Positions 17,527 through 26,041 of a stretch of DNA of 64,000 bases are shown here, piece after piece. The stretch lies in IMG/VR virus record IMGVR_UViG_3300036792_000096, positions 26,658 to 90,657 of that record, one strand, 5' to 3'. A model generated the notes under the pieces. The model was not told where the DNA came from, ran no database searches, and saw nothing but the letters and a program-made list of their open reading frames with translations. Numbering within the stretch: position 1 is the stretch's first letter; each line of letters begins with the position of its first letter. The DNA is from a virus. The translations under genes and the position numbers were made by a program.

Positions 17527-20102
17527 ACCGGGTTCTCACCCTCGCCGGTTCACCGCAGCGCACCCTTGCACCGTCTGATGTAACCCTGACGCCTGTAATG
17601 AAGATGCCCCGCCGTCGGGGTCTGATCGCCTCGGCAGCGCCCCTCGCCATCGACCTCGCATCGTCCATGGAAGTGCGCAGGACCCGGCAGGCGCAGCAAC
17701 AGATGGCGTGGCAGTTCTTCCGAGGTATAGGGGCTTGTTGGTATGGGTCGATGTTCAAAAGTAACGCTATCTCTCAACTGCGCATTTTTCCAGCAGAGCA
17801 ACGGGGGACCCGAGACGACCCGGTTCCCATTGATGACCCGTATTCCTTGCAGCAAGTCTGTCTGGACGACATGGCGAACGGGTTCTCCGGGCTGGAGCTC
17901 GGTCACGCCCCCATCCTCGCCTCGGCAACGCTGCAAGACTCAGTAGCCGGCGAGGCGTATTGGTACTCACGTCCAGACGAGGAGACCGGGGAGAATCGCT
18001 TTGAGATCCTCTCCATTGAGGAACTTGAGATGGGAGGTGCTTCGGGGTTCCAGATCCGCCGCTACCCGGGCGCCATTCCCGAGCCGATCCTTCCCGAGCG
18101 GGGAGACAAGATCGCCCGAATGTGGACGCCCTCGCCGGAGTGGAAGGATCTGGCTACCTCACCGATGCTTGTGCAGCACGACACGCTCGAGGAGTTGTGG
18201 CTACTGATCCAAGCTGGTATCGCGGCGGCGAAGTCCAGGCTCGTCGGCGGCAAGATCGTCACCATCCCCGAGGAGCTGGACCTCGATACGCCGGCAGGCC
18301 CAGACGATGAGCCGACACCCTTTGAGACGGAACTCCGCCGGGCCGGCGCTACAGCGATTCGAGACCCCGCCTCGCCTCTGCGCTGGTTCCCGGTTCTGAT
18401 CCGGGGCAAAGCCGACTACCTCAAACCAGAGTTCATCCATGTCGTTGACCTCTACAAAGACATGCCCAAAGAGGTCAGGGACGCAATCCTAGAGCTACGT
18501 ACGCGCTTCGCCCATGACTTCGACCTACCTACAGAACTTTTAACGGGTTTAGGTGACATGACGCATTGGAACGCCTGGATCGTGGACTCCATGACGTGGC
18601 CCCACCTCCGCCCCGTCGCTCAGAGGGTCCTCGCTAACCTCACCGTCTGTGCCTACCGCCCGCTCCTCATTGCCGGCGGCATGGACCCCCGAGAAGCCGC
18701 CACACAGGTCATCGGCTACGACGAAGGGCTTGTCGTCAGCAAGCCCGACCGCTCCGCCGCGGCGACGGTAGGCGTGGAGCACGGGTTCGTCGGCAACGAG
18801 GCATGGATGCGGAGCAACGGGTTCGACCCGGAGACGGACAAGCCATCCGAGGTCGAGCGGGCACGGATCTTCGGTATGCGCTGGGGCGACCCGGGCTTGG
18901 CGTCCGTCGGCTCGCCACCCGGGATCTGGGACAAGGCCACCGGCCGCATCGCCACCCGAGTCACCGAAGAGGAGAAGGGTGTCCCGGGCGTCAGCCCCGT
19001 CCAGCAGGACGCCGGCCCGGCCGGACCCGTCCAGCCTGCACCGGGCCCTCCCGAGCCGAAACCGGCACCCGGCGCCCCCGTACCCGCCCCGCCCGCTCCC
19101 GCCTCACGTCCACCGACCCCACCAGCGCAGCCCGCCGTGGCAGCGTCGGGCAACGGGCACGGCAAGCGCCTGGGAACCTTCGCCGCCATCCCGGCCGCCG
19201 ACCCGCCAGCGAACCACGTCAAGCGAGCCAAGCTGAAGCGGTTGGGGACGAAGCTGGGCGCCATCGACCGGGACCTCCTCCAGCGCCTCTCCGTCCTCGC
19301 CGACGACCGCCTCCACGCGACCGTCAGGACCGTGGGAAGCAAGCTTCGGAGCGCCGCCCAGGGCCGGCCGGTAGCGCCTACGCTGCGGGGCATGGACACG
19401 CTTCAGATCCCCCGCATGCTCGGCTCCAAGGGCTCCCACGCCCTCGGCCTCAACGACCACCTCGAAGTAGATGCTGCTGCGGCATCCTTCGCCGCCAAGG
19501 CCGTACCATGGCTCACGAGCGCTCAGGAAGCGGCCTTGCGCCAGATCGCCGATGCCACCGGCCAGGACTACGAGGAGTTGGCAGCCGAGTCCGAGTCTCA
19601 GCGCTCCGACTGGATCACGGCGGCGGAGGCGGCTCTCACCGCGGGCTTCGCCTCCATGGCCTTGGGGTTCTTGTACAACCCCTCGCAGCCGGAAGGACCG
19701 GGTGAGATGCCCGACACCATGGCCCCGCGGGACGCCATCCGTAGCGCCATGCAGCTTGCTGGCGGGGGAGACCCCGGCTCAGGCCCGCCGCTGGGGATCG
19801 GGACGGGGCCGCTCGCTACCGACGCCTTGGATTCGGGCGGGGCGGCCGTGGACGGGTGGACGTGGGACTACACCGACAGCGCCCGCACCACATTCCCGGG
19901 CCATCTACAGTTGGACGGCATAGAGTTTGCCTCTTGGGAGGACGACCAATTGCTAGTCCAGCCTGAGGACGATTGGGTTGATACGGCGCCGTATTATTCA
20001 ATTTCTGATCATCCGGGATGCTCTTGCGGTGTCACCCCGACTGTGATTCCAGTGGAGGATCTGGCGGCATCCGACGGGGAACTAGTGGGAGTGGAAGCGT
20101 GA
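17523..20102 (+). CDS. Portal protein fused via Pro-rich linker to MuF-like head morphogenesis domain
   Basis: QQMAWQFF, VAGEAY, RMWTPSP, LLTGLGDMTHWNAW; C-terminal H..LDG.EF...DHPGCSC. Confidence 0.85.
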   Translation: MNRVLTLAGSPQRTLAPSDVTLTPVMKMPRRRGLIASAAPLAIDLASSMEVRRTRQAQQQMAWQFFRGIGACWYGSMFKSNAISQLRIFPAEQRGTRDDPVPIDDPYSLQQVCLDDMANGFSGLELGHAPILASATLQDSVAGEAYWYSRPDEETGENRFEILSIEELEMGGASGFQIRRYPGAIPEPILPERGDKIARMWTPSPEWKDLATSPMLVQHDTLEELWLLIQAGIAAAKSRLVGGKIVTIPEELDLDTPAGPDDEPTPFETELRRAGATAIRDPASPLRWFPVLIRGKADYLKPEFIHVVDLYKDMPKEVRDAILELRTRFAHDFDLPTELLTGLGDMTHWNAWIVDSMTWPHLRPVAQRVLANLTVCAYRPLLIAGGMDPREAATQVIGYDEGLVVSKPDRSAAATVGVEHGFVGNEAWMRSNGFDPETDKPSEVERARIFGMRWGDPGLASVGSPPGIWDKATGRIATRVTEEEKGVPGVSPVQQDAGPAGPVQPAPGPPEPKPAPGAPVPAPPAPASRPPTPPAQPAVAASGNGHGKRLGTFAAIPAADPPANHVKRAKLKRLGTKLGAIDRDLLQRLSVLADDRLHATVRTVGSKLRSAAQGRPVAPTLRGMDTLQIPRMLGSKGSHALGLNDHLEVDAAAASFAAKAVPWLTSAQEAALRQIADATGQDYEELAAESESQRSDWITAAEAALTAGFASMALGFLYNPSQPEGPGEMPDTMAPRDAIRSAMQLAGGGDPGSGPPLGIGTGPLATDALDSGGAAVDGWTWDYTDSARTTFPGHLQLDGIEFASWEDDQLLVQPEDDWVDTAPYYSISDHPGCSCGVTPTVIPVEDLAASDGELVGVEA

Positions 20103-20671
20103 CGGACTTAGGATCGGTGACTTACCTCTGTGCCTACCTCTACGTAAATGGCGTACCCGCCATCCACGGCGCCGAGTCGGGCTCAACCACGTCCCTCTGC
20201 GGCTACCCAGTGACGCTCTCGGACGACCCATTTCCCCCCACGACTCCAACTCTGGTATGTGACGAGTGCTGGAAAGCGGTCGAATATCCACCCGAGCGAC
20301 TCGCCTACATGGAGCGAGCGAATGCGGCGGTGCGAAACCTCCTTCCCCGGTTCAGTGCGCAGCGCGGAGGGATCCGCTACCGACCTCCGTCTGAGTGGGT
20401 GCCACCCCCGCCGTCGGTACCGCGTCCCACGAGGCGTGAGCGGGTAGGGCTCTGGCTCTACCGACACCTTCCCCGGCGCTGGGTATGGGAGGCACGCGAG
20501 GTGGGCCACGATGGCGACTATTGGCAGGTCTTCTGCGGTACCGAGGCATGGGCGCGCTCGGCCTGCGAATGGCAGGCGGGCAAGCCCATCGACTGGTCAG
20601 ACGAGGATGAGTCCTTCCCCTACTCGGTAAGGCGGGTTCGGGCCAAGGTGATCCGCCGGGTGGAATTGTGA
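20099..20671 (+). CDS. Hypothetical protein
   Basis: GTGA coupling; H...LCG...CDEC. Confidence 0.6.
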   Translation: MTDLGSVTYLCAYLYVNGVPAIHGAESGSTTSLCGYPVTLSDDPFPPTTPTLVCDECWKAVEYPPERLAYMERANAAVRNLLPRFSAQRGGIRYRPPSEWVPPPPSVPRPTRRERVGLWLYRHLPRRWVWEAREVGHDGDYWQVFCGTEAWARSACEWQAGKPIDWSDEDESFPYSVRRVRAKVIRRVEL

Positions 20672-20880
20672 GCGATTCCAGATCAGTCCGTGTTCAACTT
20701 CGGATTGAGGTCCGTCAGCCTCCACCTATTTCGGACGCCCTAAATGCGGACATCCTGAAGTCAGGGGGTCTCTGTGAGCCATTGGGGCCTGAATGGGTGG
20801 AATTAAGGCCGGGTGCGATGTTCTGGGTTCCAGAGGAGACGCCCTTTGGGCAGATCCTCATGCGTCGTAAGTCCGAGTAG
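20668..20880 (+). CDS. Hypothetical protein
   Basis: GTGA coupling. Confidence 0.5.
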   Translation: MSDSRSVRVQLRIEVRQPPPISDALNADILKSGGLCEPLGPEWVELRPGAMFWVPEETPFGQILMRRKSE

Positions 20881-20893
20881 AGGGAGAACGCCC

Positions 20894-21181
20894 ATGACAG
20901 TCCGTGACAAGCTGCACCAAATCGCCGAGGACATCCGCCACGCCTTCCCCGGTCACGCCGAGGACCTTCACCAGGTAGCGGACACGGTTGAGATCCCGCC
21001 CGACACGAACGCGCCGCCGGCCGAGCAGGTCGACCTCGATGCGGCGCAGGCCGAGATTGCGAACTGGCCCGCTGAGGAAGCAGCCGCAGTGGAACCAAGC
21101 CCCGCAGCAGAACCGGCTCCCGCTGCGGCCACCCCAGAGGCGCCAGCACCGCCCGCAGCAGCACCCCCAGCGGCCACGTAG
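20894..21181 (+). CDS. Ala/Pro/Glu-rich hypothetical protein
   Basis: GGGAG RBS, high GC3. Confidence 0.65.
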   Translation: MTVRDKLHQIAEDIRHAFPGHAEDLHQVADTVEIPPDTNAPPAEQVDLDAAQAEIANWPAEEAAAVEPSPAAEPAPAAATPEAPAPPAAAPPAAT

Positions 21182-21193
21182 AAGGAGAGCCAC

Positions 21194-22075
21194 GTGGGCT
21201 CGGCAGCGACTCTCGTGATCTACCACGCTGACTGCTGGGATGGCTTCTGCGCGGCGTGGCTCATGCACCGCTACTACCCGGGCGACATTGCATTCCACGC
21301 CTCCCACTACGAGGATCCGCCTCCCAATGTGCGAGGCCACCGCGTCTTCGTGCTGGACTTCTCGTACCCCAGAGAGACCTTGGAAAAGATGGCGAAGGCC
21401 GCTGATGAACTGACCGTGCTTGACCACCACAAGACGGCAGAGGAAGCCTTAGCCGGGCTCCCGTACTGCACCTTCGACATGACGAAGTCTGGGGGGCAGC
21501 TAACTTGGGAGTGGCTCATGAAGGAGGGGTACCCGCCACCCAAACCGGCGGCTACCGGTTCGGCTTGGGAGCCTCCCGAACCGCCGTGGCTCGTGGACTA
21601 CACGGCCGACAGGGACCTATGGCGCTTTGCGCTACCCCGGTCCCGCGAGGTCAATGCGGCCTTGCGTTCCTACCCGCTCACCTTCGACGCGTGGGACGAT
21701 CTGGCTCGTCGCGGTCAGGGCCGTCTCCACGACGGGTTCGACTCGGAAGCGTTTGCCGACGAGGGCTCGGCCATTCTCCGGGCGGAATCTGTGGCTGTGC
21801 AGGCGCATGTCGCTGGGGCCAAGGAAATCGACATCGACGGCTATAAGGTGCTTGCGACCAACGCCACATGGCTGCATTCCGAGATCGCTGGCACGCTGGC
21901 GAAGGGGCGCCCGTTCGGCGCCACATGGTTCGAGCGGGATAACGTCCACCAATGGAGCCTCCGCTCAGACGAGCACGGCATCGACGTGGGAGAACTCGCA
22001 CGCCAGCACGGCGGTGGGGGCCATGTCCACGCGGCAGGATTCGAGGTACCTATCCCGGGAAGGACGAGCCCATGA
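21194..22075 (+). CDS. DHH/DHHA1 phosphoesterase (nanoRNase-like)
   Basis: YHADCWDG, LDF, LDHH, DRDLW, SLRS, GGGGH..AAGF. Confidence 0.92.
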   Translation: MGSAATLVIYHADCWDGFCAAWLMHRYYPGDIAFHASHYEDPPPNVRGHRVFVLDFSYPRETLEKMAKAADELTVLDHHKTAEEALAGLPYCTFDMTKSGGQLTWEWLMKEGYPPPKPAATGSAWEPPEPPWLVDYTADRDLWRFALPRSREVNAALRSYPLTFDAWDDLARRGQGRLHDGFDSEAFADEGSAILRAESVAVQAHVAGAKEIDIDGYKVLATNATWLHSEIAGTLAKGRPFGATWFERDNVHQWSLRSDEHGIDVGELARQHGGGGHVHAAGFEVPIPGRTSP

Positions 22076-24684
22076 CCAAGACCGCCACCCGAAGCCGCCG
22101 CACCGTGACTGCTGCTACCCCTCCGCCTCCATCTGGCCCCACGGCACCGGCCCCAGACACGCCAGCGGCCCCCGTCGACCCCATGCCAGCATCCGGCATG
22201 GTCTGCCTGATCCTTGACGACGACACGACGAAAGCGCTCGACGCCGCCTTCCCGCCACCCGACGGCGCCACCGTTCCTGTTCCCAGACACGTCACCTTAA
22301 ATTTCTTGGGCGACGTGAGCGCGCTGGACCGGGACACCGTGGAATCGGCCATCTCCGCTGCCCTGTCGGACGCTGGCGAGGACGGAGACGCGGGATCGGC
22401 CGACGGCACGGAGACCATCTCGGGAGTCTTCGGGGGACTGGCACGGTTCACAGCCGAGACCGACGAGGACGGCAACGAGGGCAACGGCTCCCTGACGCCC
22501 ATCGTCGCCCTGTTCGACAGCCCCGGCTTGGACGATATCCAGGATGCCCTCGAGGACGCCCTGACGGCTGTGGGGATGCCAGAGCCGACGCATGGGTTTA
22601 CTGCCCACAGCACACTTTTCAGGGCGGACCTGGGGGACACGGCCACCGTCGCCTTCCCCGCCCCGCCAGCGGTCAAGGCCAGCTTCACCCAGATCGCCCT
22701 TGTCTGGGGCGACTACGCGGATGCGGCTAACGTGACCATGTTCCCGGTCGGGGGCTCGGGCGAAGGCACGCCCGCGGCAGCCCCTGCCCCCGAGGAGACA
22801 GGCCAGCAGGCCCACGTCATCAAGCACACCCATGCCCCGGGGGACCCGCTCAAGGACGAAGATGAGAACATGGGGGCGAAGCTGGCTGAGTCAGACATGC
22901 CGCCTCCGGTTGCCGCCGTGCCTGCCGCGCCCGATCCCGACGCCCCGGCACCCGCCGAGGAGCCGAGCGGCCGGCCCCCCGCCGTTCCGGGCCCGTTGGG
23001 AAGGTTCGAATGCCTGCTGGTTACCGAGGGTGAACCAACGGACGATGGCCGGATCATCAAGCCTGGCGCTCTGAGGTTCCGTGATCCGCCCCTTCCCTTC
23101 ACCTTCACCCTGATCGACTCGGGCCATGCCGATGCCCGCTTGGGCGGTGTCCTGACCGCCGTCACCCGAGACGGGGACGCCATCATGGGCGAGGGAATCT
23201 ACGCCGACAACGAGGACGGGTACGAGCTCAAGGCAGCCGTGGATCAGGGCCTGCTCACATGGGTGTCGATCGACGTCGGGGACGACACGGTCGATATCGG
23301 CCTGGATGCCGACGGCACGGAGACGATGGTGCTGCTGGACGGGCTGCTCATGGGCGCCTGTGCCCTTCCCTTCGCCGCGCAGAACACGACTTGGATCCGC
23401 TCCGTCCCCGGCTCGGAGGCGCCGATGAGTCCGGACGGGCCCGGTGGGCCGAGCATGCTCCCGCTCCCGGCCCTCTTGGCGTCCGCCGGGAAAGTCACGC
23501 TGCGGAGCGTCCCGACGGATGATTGGCAGTACGAGTCCCTGACGGCATCGGCCACCGTATGTGCCTGCGCTGGTCAGGACGAAGGGTCGGAACGCTTCGG
23601 AGCGCCTCTGTATCCCGAGGACGACTGGTTCAGCGTCCCACCGCCCGAGGACCTGACGCCGCTAACGGTGCTGGCGTCTGGGCAAGCCTACTTCCACGCC
23701 TCCGGGAACACCTGCCACATCGCCATCCCCGGAACGTGCATCAAGGCGAACGATCCGATGATGGATCGGGACTTCTCAGCGTTCCACAAGGGCCTTGACG
23801 GTCTCTCTCGGGGGATACTGACCGCCTCTGGCGAGCAGATTCAGGTAGGCCAAGTGACTCTGTACGGAGGCCATGCCGATGTGGCCCTGTCGGCTGACGC
23901 CGCTCGGCGGCACTACGACGAAACACGGAGCGCCATCCTTGATGTGCGCGCCGTGTGGGACTCCCGCAATGAGACCTTGTGGTGCTGCGGAGCCCTGCGC
24001 TACCGGGCGACGAAGGCGGAGGTGCAGGAACTGCGGGCCACAGGCCACGTCTCAATCGACTATCGCCTCCTGCTGCCTGACGGCAGCCCAGGACTACCGG
24101 GCCAGCGCGGAGCCAAGCTGCGCCTGATTGCCCTGCCCGTGATTCCTGTGGGTGGACTCCCGCCGATCAAGGCGTTCGCAGCGTCGGGCAACCTCGTGTC
24201 AGTGATCCTCTCGGATTCGAGCGAGTTCGGGCCGACGGGTGGCAGCGTCACGGACAAGGACTGGGACGGCTCGGCCAGCCGCTTCAACGATGCCCAGTAC
24301 CAGAAAGCGGCAGCCGCCTGCGACCCCGCGGACAAAGGAACCGTCAAATCCCGTTGTTTCCTCCCACATCACGAACCGGACGGCACGATCAATCGTAACG
24401 GCGTCCATGCTGCGGCGCAGCGCGTGGGAGCGCTCGAGGGCCGAAGCCCCGACGCTGTCAGTGCGGCCAAGGCCCATCTCCGCAACCACTACCGCACGGA
24501 CCTTGACGAGGATCCGCCCGACAGCCTCGGCCAGCCCAGCCAAGCCATGACCGCCGATGGGCTGCTGCTGGATCTGGCGAAGGACATGTACGGCCGACGG
24601 CTGGACGACGAAGCCTCCGCGCTGGCCGGGGTGCATCGCCAGGAAGTGGACCGGCTCGGAGGGAAGATCCTGACGCCCCGGTAG
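22072..24684 (+). CDS. Capsid maturation protease with N-terminal 2H phosphoesterase (LigT/Acb1-like) domain
   Basis: HVTL.FLG (22288) and F.AHSTL (22606); EGEPTDDGRII...PLP, VSID; position between portal and capsid. Confidence 0.8.
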   Translation: MTKTATRSRRTVTAATPPPPSGPTAPAPDTPAAPVDPMPASGMVCLILDDDTTKALDAAFPPPDGATVPVPRHVTLNFLGDVSALDRDTVESAISAALSDAGEDGDAGSADGTETISGVFGGLARFTAETDEDGNEGNGSLTPIVALFDSPGLDDIQDALEDALTAVGMPEPTHGFTAHSTLFRADLGDTATVAFPAPPAVKASFTQIALVWGDYADAANVTMFPVGGSGEGTPAAAPAPEETGQQAHVIKHTHAPGDPLKDEDENMGAKLAESDMPPPVAAVPAAPDPDAPAPAEEPSGRPPAVPGPLGRFECLLVTEGEPTDDGRIIKPGALRFRDPPLPFTFTLIDSGHADARLGGVLTAVTRDGDAIMGEGIYADNEDGYELKAAVDQGLLTWVSIDVGDDTVDIGLDADGTETMVLLDGLLMGACALPFAAQNTTWIRSVPGSEAPMSPDGPGGPSMLPLPALLASAGKVTLRSVPTDDWQYESLTASATVCACAGQDEGSERFGAPLYPEDDWFSVPPPEDLTPLTVLASGQAYFHASGNTCHIAIPGTCIKANDPMMDRDFSAFHKGLDGLSRGILTASGEQIQVGQVTLYGGHADVALSADAARRHYDETRSAILDVRAVWDSRNETLWCCGALRYRATKAEVQELRATGHVSIDYRLLLPDGSPGLPGQRGAKLRLIALPVIPVGGLPPIKAFAASGNLVSVILSDSSEFGPTGGSVTDKDWDGSASRFNDAQYQKAAAACDPADKGTVKSRCFLPHHEPDGTINRNGVHAAAQRVGALEGRSPDAVSAAKAHLRNHYRTDLDEDPPDSLGQPSQAMTADGLLLDLAKDMYGRRLDDEASALAGVHRQEVDRLGGKILTPR

Positions 24685-24694
24685 GCGGGATGCG

Positions 24695-25033
24695 ATGATG
24701 TTGCGCATGAACGAACGGCCGATGCGCACCCCCGAGGTGGCCCGCATGCTGGGCGTGTCGTTCCGGCAACTCGACTACTGGTGTCGTGCCGGCTTCATCC
24801 CCGACGCCGAATCTCCCGGCTCCGGGCGTCAACGCTCATGGACCGCAGAGCAGGTACGGGCTGCGGAGGAGATCGCCACCGTCTTCGTCCTGCGAAGCGA
24901 CGAGAACCGTCACTCCCGTCCCGACTACGGGCGGCTCCTGACCCTCGTGCGCAACCTCCGGGCCATGGGGCTCGACCCGCTGGAGCTGGCAGGGGTGAAG
25001 GCCGATGCTGAGGCGACTCCGAGAAGCGCTTGA
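24695..25033 (+). CDS. MerR-type HTH protein
   Basis: EVARMLGVSFRQLDYWCRAGFI...GSGRQRSW. Confidence 0.85.
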   Translation: MMLRMNERPMRTPEVARMLGVSFRQLDYWCRAGFIPDAESPGSGRQRSWTAEQVRAAEEIATVFVLRSDENRHSRPDYGRLLTLVRNLRAMGLDPLELAGVKADAEATPRSA

Positions 25034-25220
25034 GCGGAGGCGGGACCGCAGGCAATGTCCCCACCCGGAGCACCGGGTACGCTGCGTGCATGGAGACGAG
25101 GCGGTGCTCTGCCGCTCCCGGCGCAAGTGCCTTGAGTGCAGTCGCTACCTTCCCGGCCCGCTTCCCGAGCGGTGCTGGTACACCGGGGAGCCCCACGTGT
25201 CGCTGAGGAAGCCTGAGTGA
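25005..25220 (+). CDS. Small Cys-rich protein
   Basis: CPH...RCVHGDE...KCLEC. Confidence 0.6.
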   Translation: MLRRLREALERRRDRRQCPHPEHRVRCVHGDEAVLCRSRRKCLECSRYLPGPLPERCWYTGEPHVSLRKPE

Positions 25221-25579
25221 GCCTCATTGACGACCTTGCAGCACTCCTGCGGAACGCGCAGGATCACGAACGGCTGTTCGCAGCCATGACCCGATTGGAG
25301 ACGAGAATGGGAGCGATAGAGGACGCACTGGCAGCAGTGAACACGCAACTTTCGGACGCAGCGGCAGCCGCGAAGACCCGGGATACAGCAGAGCAGGCCG
25401 CACTGACGGCGCTGAACGACCACGTCGCGACACTGGAATCCGAACTCGCCGGAACCACGATCTCCGCGGCTGCGCAGGCGTCAATCGACGGGATCAAGGC
25501 ATCGATCGGTGTGATCGGCGGTCTCGATCCGGCTGCGGCTGCGGTCCCCCCTCCCGTCACGCCACCGGCCACGCCCTAG
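25217..25579 (+). CDS. Coiled-coil hypothetical protein
   Basis: Ala-rich heptads, Pro tail, GTGA coupling. Confidence 0.65.
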   Translation: MSLIDDLAALLRNAQDHERLFAAMTRLETRMGAIEDALAAVNTQLSDAAAAAKTRDTAEQAALTALNDHVATLESELAGTTISAAAQASIDGIKASIGVIGGLDPAAAAVPPPVTPPATP

Positions 25580-25589
25580 CGTTTTCCCA

Positions 25590-25870
25590 AATAGGGGCAG
25601 AGGCACCGAAGCGACTACAGCCAGGGATGAGCCCTCCAGCCGAGCAAGGTGAGGGACGGGTATGGCACAGCCGGGAGTGTGCTGCCAAGGGTCGCTGAGC
25701 CGAAGCCCCGCTCAAGAGAAGAACGGTGACAAACCGGTACCGGAGAGGACACACTCGGCTTGCTCTCCGGACCGGTCACCGCTAACATCGGATCGTCTAC
25801 AGCGAACGGAGGGACCTACCGGTTCCTCAGCGACGAGGCCCTACTTCCTTGGGGGCCTCGTTCCTTTTCG
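25590..25870 (+). ncRNA. Candidate structured non-coding RNA
   Basis: Large intergenic gap with nested stems (GGGGC/GCCCC, GCGAC/GTCGC, CCCTC/GAGGG, TGGCA/TGCCA), long stem 25724-25781, ending in a terminator. Confidence 0.55.
25834..25869 (+). terminator. Intrinsic terminator
   Basis: CGAGGCCC...GGGCCTCG stem followed by TTCCTTTT. Confidence 0.7.
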
Positions 25871-25879
25871 TGGGACTAA

Positions 25880-25913
25880 TTGACAAGTCTCCACATCGCC
25901 AATCATGATGTGG
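25880..25913 (+). promoter_or_regulatory. Promoter for major capsid gene with overlapping inverted repeat
   Basis: TTGACA-18nt-CATGAT; CCACATC-9nt-GATGTGG. Confidence 0.65.
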
Positions 25914-26041
25914 CCCAAGCACACCAGCGTCCAGACGGGCGCTAGCGGCGAGGGCGTCCAAGACGGGCGTCCGGCAAGGAAGCACCTCGGAGCCATCACG
26001 GCCCGTGATCTTGTCGGCGCGTCCTGTCGAAAGGCCCTCCC

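Noticed and set aside
25590-25870. tRNA, tmRNA or hammerhead ribozyme; also ORFs 25662-25883 and 25557-25754
   Set aside because: No T-loop cloverleaf or CUGAnGA/GAAA core; the ORFs lack RBS and codon bias
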